Below are positions 9,856 through 19,666 of a stretch of 47,699 bases of DNA, piece by piece. Numbering within the stretch: the first letter of the stretch is position 1; each line of letters starts with the position of its first letter. The stretch is from NCBI GenBank assembly GCA_013203315.1, contig JABMQJ010000024.1, positions 1 to 47,699 on the forward strand, given 5' to 3'. Origin of the DNA: Candidatus Omnitrophota bacterium. GTDB taxonomy: Bacteria > Omnitrophota > Gorgyraeia > JABMRN01 > RBG-13-46-9. The position numbers and the translations under genes were made by a program. The notes under the pieces are model-generated. The model was not told where the DNA came from. It worked only from the letters and a program-made list of their open reading frames with translations, and did not search any database.

Positions 9856-9864
9856 AGAAACTTT

Positions 9865-10878
9865 ATGCAATCTTGTAAATTTCAAAACTGTAAAAATCAT
9901 GCCGTTTTCAATTCAGAATTCTGCTGGAACCACATAAAAGACACCGACGCCTACAGGAAAAAACTTGAAGCGATGGTGAAGGAAAATACCTCTTTAAAGG
10001 GTGCAAATCTCGCCAGGGTTAATTTAAGTACCCTTGACTTGGCCCGCGTGGATTTAAGTGAGGCTAATCTCTCAAGGGCCAATCTCTCCGACAGCAATCT
10101 TTTCGATGCAAACCTCAGGAATGCGGAATTGCTCGGCGCGGACCTAACAAACTCAGACCTGACAAGTTCAAGCCTTTGTGGATCTGACCTTACGAGGGCT
10201 TGTCTTCGGGGAGCGCGTTTGTGGCACGCTGATCTTGAAAATTCGAATCTGATCGAGGCGAACTTGGACTACTGTGACCTGTGGAACGCGCGGCTTCCTA
10301 ACACCAGGTTCTGGCGCACAAATCTATCGCATGCGATTTCGCTCAGTAAAAAGAATTTTCGGTGCAAAGCAAGCAAATTCTCCGATACGTACAAGATTAA
10401 CGAAAAAGGCGCTCTTTCGTCGGAAGACGCCTATCGGGACCTGAAAAAGTATTTTCTCGCAAACGGAAGATATAACGATGCCAGCTGGGCTGCATTTAAA
10501 GAAAAAACAATGGAGAGAATGCTTCTCAAAAAGAAAAAAAGTATCGCATATATTCCGAGCGCGATCATGAACTTTTTATGCGGTTACGGTGAGAAACCCC
10601 AAAGGATAATTTTTTCTTCGTTTCTCATGATTGTTTTTTACGCTGCGATGTATGCTGTGTTAAACGCCATCACTTACGCGCAATCCGCAGCCTACATCAT
10701 GTCAAAAAGCGACTACATCTACTATAGCGTCATTACTTTCACGACAGTAGGTTACGGTGATTTCATACCCAAATCTTCTATTCTTTTTAGATCCCTTGCA
10801 GCGTCCGAGGCGTTTATCGGCACGTTCATGATAGGACTTTTCATTTTCACGCTTGCTCGAAAATACTCCGCCCGTTAA
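9865..10878 (+). CDS. Pentapeptide-repeat protein with 2TM potassium-channel domain
   Basis: A(N/D)Lxx repeats; TTVGYGD selectivity filter. Confidence 0.9.
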   Translation: MQSCKFQNCKNHAVFNSEFCWNHIKDTDAYRKKLEAMVKENTSLKGANLARVNLSTLDLARVDLSEANLSRANLSDSNLFDANLRNAELLGADLTNSDLTSSSLCGSDLTRACLRGARLWHADLENSNLIEANLDYCDLWNARLPNTRFWRTNLSHAISLSKKNFRCKASKFSDTYKINEKGALSSEDAYRDLKKYFLANGRYNDASWAAFKEKTMERMLLKKKKSIAYIPSAIMNFLCGYGEKPQRIIFSSFLMIVFYAAMYAVLNAITYAQSAAYIMSKSDYIYYSVITFTTVGYGDFIPKSSILFRSLAASEAFIGTFMIGLFIFTLARKYSAR

Positions 10879-10886
10879 AACCCGTA

Positions 10887-11834
10887 ATGGATACCGCACA
10901 AAAGTTACAACGTATCAAAGAAATGAAACCGGCACTGGCAAAACTTGCGAGCCCTTGTCGGCTTTGCGCGCACAAGTGCGCGACGAATCGCCAAAGTGGG
11001 AAAAAAGGCATGTGCCGGGCAGGGTCAAAGCCTGCCGTTTACAGCTACTCGCCGCACCATGGGGAAGAGCCGCCTCTTTCCGGGCACAGAGGCTCGGGCA
11101 CCATATTTTTTACGCATTGCAACATGCAGTGCGCATACTGCCAGAATTATTCGTTTAGCCAGGAATCTGACTGTGAGGAACTGGAAACCGAAGCACTGGC
11201 AGATAGAATGCTGGAGCTCGGGCGCCTTGGTTGCCATAACATAAATCTTGTAAGCCCCACGCATTACGCCTACAAGATAGTTAGTGCGCTCGAAATCGCT
11301 TTGGAAAAATCACTTGATATACCAATCGTTTACAATACCGGCGGATACGATAGCCTCGAGCTTATAAAACTCCTGGACGGTATCGTGGACATATATCTTA
11401 CCGACATTCGATACGCAAAAAGTGAAATGGCGCTAAAGTATTCAGACGCGCCGCGTTACGCCGAAAACAGTCGTCTGATCACCAGGGAAATGTTCAGGCA
11501 AGCAGGCATCCTCAAACTCGACAAAGAGGGTATAGCGCAAAAAGGCGTTATCGTGCGGCTTCTCATTCTTCCCGACGATGTTTCCGGCACGGTTGATACG
11601 CTAAAATTTTTAAAAAAAGACGTCTCGAAGGATATTTTTCTAAGCGTCATGAGCCAATATCACCCCACCTACAAAGCAGAGCACCATCCACAAATCGCCC
11701 GGCGGATAAATAAGTCGGAGTATAAAAAAGTAATTGACGAAGTCGAAAAACTAGGCTTCGCAAACGGCTGGATCCAGGGCTTCCTAACCGACCACGAACG
11801 CTTCCTCGGCACTAGCATCAAACCGACACGATAG
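10887..11834 (+). CDS. Radical SAM protein, PflX-like
   Basis: CNMQCAYC, HHGEEPPLSG..GSGTIFF, HNINLVSPTH. Confidence 0.9.
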   Translation: MDTAQKLQRIKEMKPALAKLASPCRLCAHKCATNRQSGKKGMCRAGSKPAVYSYSPHHGEEPPLSGHRGSGTIFFTHCNMQCAYCQNYSFSQESDCEELETEALADRMLELGRLGCHNINLVSPTHYAYKIVSALEIALEKSLDIPIVYNTGGYDSLELIKLLDGIVDIYLTDIRYAKSEMALKYSDAPRYAENSRLITREMFRQAGILKLDKEGIAQKGVIVRLLILPDDVSGTVDTLKFLKKDVSKDIFLSVMSQYHPTYKAEHHPQIARRINKSEYKKVIDEVEKLGFANGWIQGFLTDHERFLGTSIKPTR

Positions 11835-11869
11835 CAGGCTCAACCTTTATTTTCCGGTTTTATGTTATA

Positions 11870-12070
11870 AGAAGCAAGGGATGTAATTCCAAAGGGCCTC
11901 CTTTCTTATAAAATTTCAGTCTTTTATCGAGATTTTTAGATGTTTCCTCAAGGATGCCTGCCTACCTGCCTACCGGCAGGCATCCTTTCTGAAAATCGAG
12001 ATAAAAGACGAAGCTTTGCTTTTAGTGAACAGAAATTTTCGTGGGGAAAGGAATTATATCCCTTGCTTCT
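11870..12070. mobile_element. ~200 bp nested-palindrome MITE/REP-like element
   Basis: Terminal IR 11870-11890/12050-12070 (20/21), middle IR 11919-11940/11988-12009 (19/22), perfect 13-bp core IR 11950-11962/11975-11987; non-coding; second end copy at 89-117. Confidence 0.7.
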
Positions 12071-12145
12071 CATGAAAAGGGTGGCGGGATCCGCAAAAAC
12101 AGAAAAGAGGTTTGGAAAAAGAAGGTAGGAAGACCCTGAATTGGC

Positions 12146-12174
12146 TTGACAAAATGAAGTGGTTTTGATATAAC
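12146..12174 (+). promoter_or_regulatory. Promoter of the purF-guaA-purL-purQ operon
   Basis: TTGACA-17 nt-TATAAC with extended TG. Confidence 0.75.
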
Positions 12175-12206
12175 TAAAACGTGCAGAAGAAGTTATGCAA
12201 TTAGTG

Positions 12207-12244
12207 AGGGCGAGAGAATAGTCTCTTCGTCCCTTTTACTTTTT
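12207..12244 (+). terminator. Terminator-like hairpin in the purF leader, possible attenuator
   Basis: AGGGCGAGAGA-ATAG-TCTCTTCGTCCCT followed by a T-rich tract, lying between promoter and start codon. Confidence 0.6.
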
Positions 12245-12255
12245 ATATGGTAATT

Positions 12256-13662
12256 ATGAGAGAATATTGTGGACTCTTCGGAATATGTGGTCATAAAGAG
12301 GCCTCGACCTTAACTTATTTAGGCCTATACGCGCTTCAGCACCGTGGGGAGGAGTCCTGCGGGATAGTTACCTCAAACGGCAGGCGCATATATCAGCACA
12401 AGGCGATGGGCACTATCTCCGATGTCTTCGACAAATCTGTCCTCAAAAAGCTAAGAGGGGACCTCGCCATAGGCCACGTTCGTTATTCCACAACGGGTTC
12501 AAGCACTCTAAAAAACGCGCAGCCTTTCGTCATAAATTATAAGCGTGGCGCAATTGCCATAGCGCATAACGGCAATATCACAAACTCGCTGGAACTTAAG
12601 GATGCCCTTGAAACAGGCGGATCCATCATTCAGACCGGCATGGATAGCGAGCTCGTACTTCACCTTCTCGTAAAAGCCAAATCACAAAACATAAAAGAAA
12701 GTTTAATCGAAATACTGCCTAAAGTAAAAGGCGCGTATTCTTTTCTTTTACTAGCGGGCGATACGATGATCGGCATAAGGGATCCTCACGGATTCAGGCC
12801 GCTTTGTATCGGCAAAGTAGGCAAAAGCTATGTCCTCGCCAGTGAAACATGCGCGCTGGATCTCGTAAACGCTAAGTACGTGAGAGATGTGGAGCCGGGA
12901 GAAATTGTTTTCATAAATGGGGGGCGCATCGAATCCGTTAAGCCGTTTCCTAAAATGCGAAAAGCGTCATGCATATTCGAGTTTATATATTTCGCAAGGC
13001 CGGACAGTAATATATTTACAAAAAACGTGTATTTGACGCGCAAGCGCCTGGGCAAGGCCCTCGCAAAAGAACATCCCGTGCCCGGGGCTGATTTTATAAT
13101 GCCGATACCGGATTCCGGTGTCTACGCGGCTTTAGGGTTTTCTGAAGAATCAAAAAGGCCCGTCGAAATGGGCATGATACGAAACCACTATATAGGCAGA
13201 AGCTTCATACAGCCATCGCAACACAGGAGAGATTTTGCGGTAAAGGTAAAACTAAATCCCATAAGAGACGTTTTAAAAGGCAAGAAAATCGCGATAGTCG
13301 AAGACTCGATCGTAAGGGGTACGACCTCGAGGCTAAGGGTAAAGGCTTTAAGAGAAGCCGGCGCAAAAGAGATTCACATGCGCGTAAGTTGTCCTCCACT
13401 CATATCGCCTTGTTACTACGGGATCGATTTCCCTACGACAAAAGAATTGATCGCCTCAAAACATTCAATTGAAGAAATCAGAAAATTTATCGGCGTCGAT
13501 AGTTTGAAATATATTAGCCTTAAAGGCATGCTGAATTCCATGATGCTACCTAAAGAGAATTTCTGCACGGCCTGCTTCACAAAAGATTATCCTGAACCGG
13601 TAAATAAGTGCTTCACAAAAAAAGGGCTTGAGACAAGAAGGAATAAATGCCTGCTTTTATAA
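12256..13662 (+). CDS. purF: Amidophosphoribosyltransferase
   Basis: MREYCG N-terminal nucleophile Cys, [26 protein letters not shown]; alternative ATG at 12247. Confidence 0.97.
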   Translation: MREYCGLFGICGHKEASTLTYLGLYALQHRGEESCGIVTSNGRRIYQHKAMGTISDVFDKSVLKKLRGDLAIGHVRYSTTGSSTLKNAQPFVINYKRGAIAIAHNGNITNSLELKDALETGGSIIQTGMDSELVLHLLVKAKSQNIKESLIEILPKVKGAYSFLLLAGDTMIGIRDPHGFRPLCIGKVGKSYVLASETCALDLVNAKYVRDVEPGEIVFINGGRIESVKPFPKMRKASCIFEFIYFARPDSNIFTKNVYLTRKRLGKALAKEHPVPGADFIMPIPDSGVYAALGFSEESKRPVEMGMIRNHYIGRSFIQPSQHRRDFAVKVKLNPIRDVLKGKKIAIVEDSIVRGTTSRLRVKALREAGAKEIHMRVSCPPLISPCYYGIDFPTTKELIASKHSIEEIRKFIGVDSLKYISLKGMLNSMMLPKENFCTACFTKDYPEPVNKCFTKKGLETRRNKCLLL

Positions 13663-15203
13663 AAGATAGGAACTGGATAGCAATTTTAGATTTTGGTTCC
13701 CAATACACCCATCTTATCGCGCGCAGGGTAAGAGAGTGCGGCGTTTATTCCGAGATCGTGCCGTTTAACATTCCTGCCAGGAAACTGCTCTCGCGGAAGC
13801 CAAGCGCCATTATATTATCGGGTGGGCCATCCAGCGTTATTTCGCGAAAAAGTCCGGTCTGCGACAAAAACATTTTTAGCTTAGGTCTGCCGGTACTCGG
13901 CATATGCTACGGCGCGCAGCTCATGGCCAATGTGCTGGGAGGCAGAGTCAGTAAGGCCGGAAAGAGAGAGTATGGAAAAGCAATCCTCAAGATTAAATCG
14001 GGAAAAATGCTCCTAAAGGGGCTAAAGCAAAAGGAAGCCGTATGGATGAGCCACGGAGATAAAGTGACAAAGCTTCCTGCGGGTTTTAAAATTGCCGGCG
14101 CTACCGCCAATTCGCTTATTGCAGCCATGGAAGACAAAAAGAGAAAATTCTTTGGTTTGCAGTTTCACCCGGAAGTTATTCATACCCCGGGTGGTAAAAA
14201 AATACTGAAAAATTTCGTTATAAACATTTCCCGCTGCAAGACGGGATGGAACATGCGCTCATTCGTAAAAAAGGCCATAAAAGACATAAGAAGCACCGTT
14301 GGCAACGAAAAGGTTCTCTGTGGCTTAAGCGGCGGGGTGGATTCTAGCGTTTTGGCAACGTTGCTCCATAAAGCAATCGGCAAAAACCTCATTGCCGTGT
14401 TTGTCGACAACGGCGTACTGCGCAAAGACGAAGCAAGGCTTGTTGAAAAACGTTTTAAGCGCCATTATCACATTAACCTGAAAACCGTAAACGCGGGCAA
14501 TATTTTTCTTAAAGGTTTAAAGGGTGTTAGGGATCCCGAGAAAAAACGTAAAACAATCGGGAAAATATTTATTGACGTCTTCACGAAAGAGGCAAAGAAG
14601 TTCGGAAGAATCAAGTTTTTAGCGCAGGGCACTCTTTACCCGGACATTATCGAGTCGCGATCCGCTTTTGGGGGCCCTTCGGCTACTATAAAAACACATC
14701 ATAACGTGGGCGGGCTTCCCAAAAACCTTAAATTCAAGCTGATTGAGCCACTCAAGGATTTATTTAAAGACGAGGTAAGGCTTTTGGGTAAAGAATTGGG
14801 TTTGCCTGACGACATTGTTTACCGACAACCGTTTCCGGGGCCGGGGCTGGCTGTCAGGATTCTGGGAAGCATAACTCCGGAACGCCTGAGAATACTGCGC
14901 GAGGCAGGCTGGATTTTAATGAACGAGGTAAAGCGAGCGGGGCTCTACAATAAACTCTGGCAGTCTTTCTGTGTTCTTCTTCCTTTAAAAACAGTCGGCG
15001 TCATGGGGGATGAGCGAACGTACGAAAGTGTAATCGCGATAAGGGCCGTGGAAAGCGAAGACGCCATGACAGCTCGCTGGGCGAAGCTACCTTATGATTT
15101 TCTGGGAAAAGTTTCAAATAGAATAGTAAATGAAGTAAAAGGCGTAAACAGGGTCGTATACGACATTAGCTCAAAACCACCCGCGACAATCGAGTGGGAA
15201 TAG
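13647..15203 (+). CDS. guaA: GMP synthase (glutamine-hydrolysing)
   Basis: [31 protein letters not shown]. Confidence 0.98.
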   Translation: MPAFIKDRNWIAILDFGSQYTHLIARRVRECGVYSEIVPFNIPARKLLSRKPSAIILSGGPSSVISRKSPVCDKNIFSLGLPVLGICYGAQLMANVLGGRVSKAGKREYGKAILKIKSGKMLLKGLKQKEAVWMSHGDKVTKLPAGFKIAGATANSLIAAMEDKKRKFFGLQFHPEVIHTPGGKKILKNFVINISRCKTGWNMRSFVKKAIKDIRSTVGNEKVLCGLSGGVDSSVLATLLHKAIGKNLIAVFVDNGVLRKDEARLVEKRFKRHYHINLKTVNAGNIFLKGLKGVRDPEKKRKTIGKIFIDVFTKEAKKFGRIKFLAQGTLYPDIIESRSAFGGPSATIKTHHNVGGLPKNLKFKLIEPLKDLFKDEVRLLGKELGLPDDIVYRQPFPGPGLAVRILGSITPERLRILREAGWILMNEVKRAGLYNKLWQSFCVLLPLKTVGVMGDERTYESVIAIRAVESEDAMTARWAKLPYDFLGKVSNRIVNEVKGVNRVVYDISSKPPATIEWE

Positions 15204-15222
15204 GGCGCTAAACTAAATCAAT

Positions 15223-18120
15223 ATGCCTACACATAGAATCGAAGTAAGAAACAAGTCCGGTATTTTTGACGTGATCGGTGAGGGCGCAAAAAAGGACATG
15301 CTCGACATCGGTATTAAGGGCACCAAAAGCGTGTCCTTTATCCGGGTTTACTTTATTGAAGCAGACCTCGACGCTAAAGCGCTGGACCACATATGTAAGA
15401 ACCTTCTCGCGGATCCGATAACGGAGGAGTATGCATTTGACCGGGGCTTCGAAATCCGGGAGAAAAAGGACCTGCACGTAGTCGAAGTGGCTTACAATCC
15501 CGGTGTAATGGACCCGGTTGAAGAAAGCACCAAGAAAGCCCTCCTCGACCTCGGTATAAAAAATATAATCTCAGTACGAACCGCCAAAAGATATGTGATC
15601 AAGGGGAATTTCTCCAAAAATGAAATGGATTTCATAACTGAGAAAATCCTCTGCAACAAGGTTATCCAGCATGTACCCAAGCCTAATGAGAAACAACCCA
15701 CGCCACCTTCGTACAAATTCAAACTTATAACCGTAGACATGCTGGGTGCGGACGACAAGACCCTTATGAAAATTGCAAAAGAGGGGCAACTCTTCTTGAG
15801 CCTTGAAGAAATGAAAACAATAAAAAATTATTTTCATGGCCAGGGCCGCAATCCGACTGACTGCGAGCTTGAATCCATAGCACAGACCTGGTCGGAGCAC
15901 TGTAGTCATAAAACATTCCGCGGCATAATTGAATATGAAGAACACGGCGAAAAGAGCAAAAAAGAAACGAGGACCATAAAGAATCTTCTTAAAAATACCG
16001 TGATGCTTGCCACCGAAGAACTGGCTAAAAAATGGTGCGTTTCCGTTTTTAAAGATAATTCCGGCGTTATTGAATTTGATAAAGATTACGACGTATGTTT
16101 TAAGGTTGAGACCCACAACCACCCGTCTGCGCTTGAGCCTTACGGCGGAGCGGGAACAGGTATAGGCGGTGTTATAAGAGACCCTCTCGGAACCGGCAGG
16201 GGCGCGAAACCGATTTTGAACACGGATGTTTTCTGTTTCGGCACGCCTGATACGCCTTTTGATAAGCTTCCACCCGGCGCGCTGCATCCCAAGCGCGTGA
16301 TGAAAGGCGTCGTGAGTGGTGTGCGGGACTACGGAAACCGCATGGGGATTCCCACTGCAAACGGAGCAGTTTTATTCGATGAACGCTATATCGGAAATCC
16401 ACTCGTCTATTGCGGTAACGTTGGCATAATGCCTAAAAAATATGCCGACAAAAGAGTCGATCCCGGAGATATCCTTATAGTGGTTGGCGGTAAAACCGGT
16501 AGAGACGGCATACACGGGGCGACATTTTCCTCAGGCGAACTTACCTCCGAATCCGAAGCGACATCAAGTTCAGCGGTCCAGATCGGAAATCCCATAACTG
16601 AAAAGAAGGTTACTGATACAATCCTCCAGGCAAGAGACAGGGATCTATATAAAGCCATAACAGACTGCGGCGCCGGCGGGCTATCTAGCGCGGCAGGGGA
16701 GATGGGCGAGGAAACCGGGGTTCTCGTGCACCTGGATAGAGTTCCTTTGAAATATAGCGGCCTTTCCTACACGGAAACGTGGATCTCAGAGGCGCAGGAA
16801 CGGATGGTATTGGCCGCCGATCCTGAAAATGTGGATGAGCTTCTTAGCGTCTTCAGGAAAGAAGATGTCGAAGCTGTGGTTATCGGGGAATTTACTGACA
16901 CAAAAATGCTCGAATTGAAATATAACGATCATACTGTCGCAAAGCTTGACATGAAATTCTTGCATAAAGGGGTTCCGCAAATAAAGAGAAAAGCGGTATG
17001 GAAAAAGAAATCACATCCTGAGCCGAAAAAAAGATCTCCGGGTGACCTCACGAAATTCCTCTTGAATATTCTATCATCCTGGAACGTATGCAGCAAGGAG
17101 TGGATCATAAGGCAATACGACCACGAAGTCCAGGGCGGAAGCGTTTTAAAACCCCTGCAAGGCGTGGCAAACGACGGCCCCGGGGACGCCTGCGTGATAA
17201 GGCCGAGGCTTGACTCAGATAAAGGCATTATAGTTTCAAACGGCATAAACTTCTTATACGGGCTTATTGACCCTTACTGGATGGCGGCCTCGGCAATAGA
17301 TGAGGCGCTAAGGCAGATTATCGCAGTCGGCGGAAATCTCGATAGAGTAGCGATCCTGGATAACTTCTGCTGGGGCAACACAAACAAGCCTCATCAACTG
17401 GGAGAGTTAGTAAGGGCGTCTTTGGCTTGTTACGATATCGCGAAAGGGTATGGGACTCCCTTTATATCCGGAAAAGATAGCTTAAATAACGAATATTCTG
17501 TAAACGGTAAGTCCATATCGATTCCTTCCACACTTCTTATTTCCGCGATGTCTGTCATAGATGATGTGACAAAAACTATTTCAATGGACGCTAAAATTGC
17601 CGGAAACCACATCTATGTCGTAGGAGAAACATTTAACGAAATGGGAGGCTCTCACTACTGGAAAATACTGGGATTCACCGGGAACTCGGTTCCTCGCGTA
17701 AATTGCAAAAAAGGAAAAATACTCATGTCAAGGCTCTCTTCTGCAATTTCAAAGGGCCTTGCGGTATCGTGTCATGATTGTTCAGAAGGCGGACTTGGCG
17801 TAGCAACAGCCGAGATGGCTTTCGCCGGCGGCCTGGGCATGGATTTGGGCCTAAAAGGCGCCCCGCAGGGAGAAGCGATAAGAGATGACGCTACGCTCTT
17901 GTTTTCCGAGTCGAATACGCGTTTTGTCGTAGAAGTCCCGCGCGAAAAACAAAAAGCCTTTGAAAAATTTATGAAGGGCTCTTCGTTCGGGCTCCTGGGC
18001 GCTACAAAAAAACAAAGTACTTTTTCAATCAAGGGCCTGGGAGGAAAAACCATCGTAAAAACAGATATAAGTAAATTAAAAGGGGCATGGCAAAAGCCCT
18101 TTAGCAAAAAGGCTAATTAG
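15223..18120 (+). CDS. purL: FGAM synthase subunit PurL with N-terminal PurS-like extension
   Basis: WSEHCSHK, KVETHNHPS, DCGAGG, SGKDS; ~150 aa N-terminus with two PurS-like units (LLADPITE, PGVMDP). Confidence 0.96.
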   Translation: MPTHRIEVRNKSGIFDVIGEGAKKDMLDIGIKGTKSVSFIRVYFIEADLDAKALDHICKNLLADPITEEYAFDRGFEIREKKDLHVVEVAYNPGVMDPVEESTKKALLDLGIKNIISVRTAKRYVIKGNFSKNEMDFITEKILCNKVIQHVPKPNEKQPTPPSYKFKLITVDMLGADDKTLMKIAKEGQLFLSLEEMKTIKNYFHGQGRNPTDCELESIAQTWSEHCSHKTFRGIIEYEEHGEKSKKETRTIKNLLKNTVMLATEELAKKWCVSVFKDNSGVIEFDKDYDVCFKVETHNHPSALEPYGGAGTGIGGVIRDPLGTGRGAKPILNTDVFCFGTPDTPFDKLPPGALHPKRVMKGVVSGVRDYGNRMGIPTANGAVLFDERYIGNPLVYCGNVGIMPKKYADKRVDPGDILIVVGGKTGRDGIHGATFSSGELTSESEATSSSAVQIGNPITEKKVTDTILQARDRDLYKAITDCGAGGLSSAAGEMGEETGVLVHLDRVPLKYSGLSYTETWISEAQERMVLAADPENVDELLSVFRKEDVEAVVIGEFTDTKMLELKYNDHTVAKLDMKFLHKGVPQIKRKAVWKKKSHPEPKKRSPGDLTKFLLNILSSWNVCSKEWIIRQYDHEVQGGSVLKPLQGVANDGPGDACVIRPRLDSDKGIIVSNGINFLYGLIDPYWMAASAIDEALRQIIAVGGNLDRVAILDNFCWGNTNKPHQLGELVRASLACYDIAKGYGTPFISGKDSLNNEYSVNGKSISIPSTLLISAMSVIDDVTKTISMDAKIAGNHIYVVGETFNEMGGSHYWKILGFTGNSVPRVNCKKGKILMSRLSSAISKGLAVSCHDCSEGGLGVATAEMAFAGGLGMDLGLKGAPQGEAIRDDATLLFSESNTRFVVEVPREKQKAFEKFMKGSSFGLLGATKKQSTFSIKGLGGKTIVKTDISKLKGAWQKPFSKKAN

Positions 18121-18122
18121 CG

Positions 18123-18926
18123 ATGCCAAAAGCAAAAGTATTAGTGCTCCGAACGGCCGGGACCAACTGCGATTTAGAAACTGCATACGCATTCAAAAAA
18201 GTCGGCGCTTCCTGTCAGCTTGTCCACATAAACCGCCTGGTCTCGGGGGAAACAAAGCTCGATAAGTATAATATCCTTGCAATACCCGGGGGGTTTACAT
18301 ACGGCGATGACATAGCAAGCGGGAAAATACTCGCAAATGAAATCAGGTTTAAGTTAAAAAAAGACGTTACCAATTTCGTAAAAAATGGAAAACTTATAAT
18401 CGGCATCTGCAACGGGTTTCAGGTTCTTGTAAAGTCCGGCCTTTTACCGAACACAAGCGGTACTGCCGGAGAGCTCCAAGCAACTTTAAGCATCAATGAT
18501 TCCGGTAAGTTCGAGGATAGATGGGTATATCTCAAAACTTATAAATCACAAATTACAAATCACAAATGCGTGTGGACGAAAGGCATAGGGGATGTGATTT
18601 ATCTACCTGTCGCTCATGCTGAAGGTAAGTTTATTCCGAAAGATACGGCAACCCTTAGCGAAATGAAGAAAAACGGCCAGATCGTATTTACGTATTGTGG
18701 GAAAAAAGGGGAAAGGCCCGGTTACCCCGAAAATCCTAACGGTTCAGTGGAGAATGTCGCAGGCATATGCGACACTGGCGGGCGCGTGTTCGGGCTTATG
18801 CCGCACCCGGAAAGGCACATACGCACCACACAGCATCCGCGCTGGACAAGGATACAGAAGAAAAAGCGCTCTCTTGACGGCCTTCAAATATTTAAAAACG
18901 GCGTGAAGATTGCATCTAAACTATAA
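18123..18926 (+). CDS. purQ: FGAM synthase glutaminase subunit
   Basis: GTNCD, PGGFTYGD, GICNGFQ, MPHPER. Confidence 0.97.
   Translation: MPKAKVLVLRTAGTNCDLETAYAFKKVGASCQLVHINRLVSGETKLDKYNILAIPGGFTYGDDIASGKILANEIRFKLKKDVTNFVKNGKLIIGICNGFQVLVKSGLLPNTSGTAGELQATLSINDSGKFEDRWVYLKTYKSQITNHKCVWTKGIGDVIYLPVAHAEGKFIPKDTATLSEMKKNGQIVFTYCGKKGERPGYPENPNGSVENVAGICDTGGRVFGLMPHPERHIRTTQHPRWTRIQKKKRSLDGLQIFKNGVKIASKL
18539..18567 (+). repeat. Four heptamer units inside purQ
   Basis: TTATAAA TCACAAA TTACAAA TCACAAA. Confidence 0.65.
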
Positions 18927-18942
18927 AAAACGAGTTGCAAGT

Positions 18943-19665
18943 ATGATGAAACTCTTAAAAGACATATTCTCTAGTGCAAATAAGGAAAGCCGGGATAAAG
19001 AAGAAGACTTTATTCATAAAGAGATCGTCGAAACCTTCTTTAAAAAAAGCATCCACGATGTTCCACAGAAAAAGACATTCGGAATAAACAAGAAAACGGC
19101 GATTATTGCCCTGATCCTTCTCGTCTCGGCTCTTGTAATGTCGCCGATAATCATTATACTTTATAACAAAAGCGTCGACGGCTTAAGCGAAAAATCCGCA
19201 CTAACTGAAATTCATTATTCCGAAAAAATTATTGAAAACGGCCGTATAAACCATTCTGACATAGAAGAGACGTTCCTTGACGGAGATGCAAAGGCAAAAA
19301 GTTCTTTTTTAAAAGTGAGCATAAAACTCGTAAATTCCGGACCGGAAGGCAGGGCGGCACTGGTAATGAGATTCCGGGAACCGCTTGACCTTGAAGGCAA
19401 GCACTTACTCGTCACCGCGCGCGCTCAAAACGGTACTAAAAAAGTTAAAATAATATTAAAAAATTCAAAAAACCGGTTTTATGAGTTCGCGGATATTTCT
19501 TTTTCGTCAAATTGGAACATGAATAATATATTTATGGGCAAAAAGCACGATTTTGATTTAAAAAGCATAAAAGAATTGAAATTCGAATTCGGAAGCAATA
19601 CTGCCGGCAATAAAGAGGGTACAATTTTATATTTAAAGGACCTGGCCGTAAGAGGGGTTTTTTAG
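18943..19665 (+). CDS. Single-pass membrane protein, possible carbohydrate-binding (CBM11/CIA30-like) domain
   Basis: One TM helix; C-terminal PLDL...FDLKSIKELKFEF...GTILYLKDL pattern; fold call is inference. Confidence 0.6.
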   Translation: MMKLLKDIFSSANKESRDKEEDFIHKEIVETFFKKSIHDVPQKKTFGINKKTAIIALILLVSALVMSPIIIILYNKSVDGLSEKSALTEIHYSEKIIENGRINHSDIEETFLDGDAKAKSSFLKVSIKLVNSGPEGRAALVMRFREPLDLEGKHLLVTARAQNGTKKVKIILKNSKNRFYEFADISFSSNWNMNNIFMGKKHDFDLKSIKELKFEFGSNTAGNKEGTILYLKDLAVRGVF

Positions 19666-19666
19666 C

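Noticed and set aside
11940-12128. 62-aa ORF
   Set aside because: Lies inside the palindromic element, has no SD, and its sequence is explained by the repeat
15223-15680. PurS-like extension on PurL as a novelty
   Set aside because: PurS-PurL fusions are known; it just explains the lack of a separate purS here
15571-16287. 238-aa antisense ORF and the many other ORFs opposite known genes
   Set aside because: Shadow ORFs of purL and other conserved genes with no recognisable motifs
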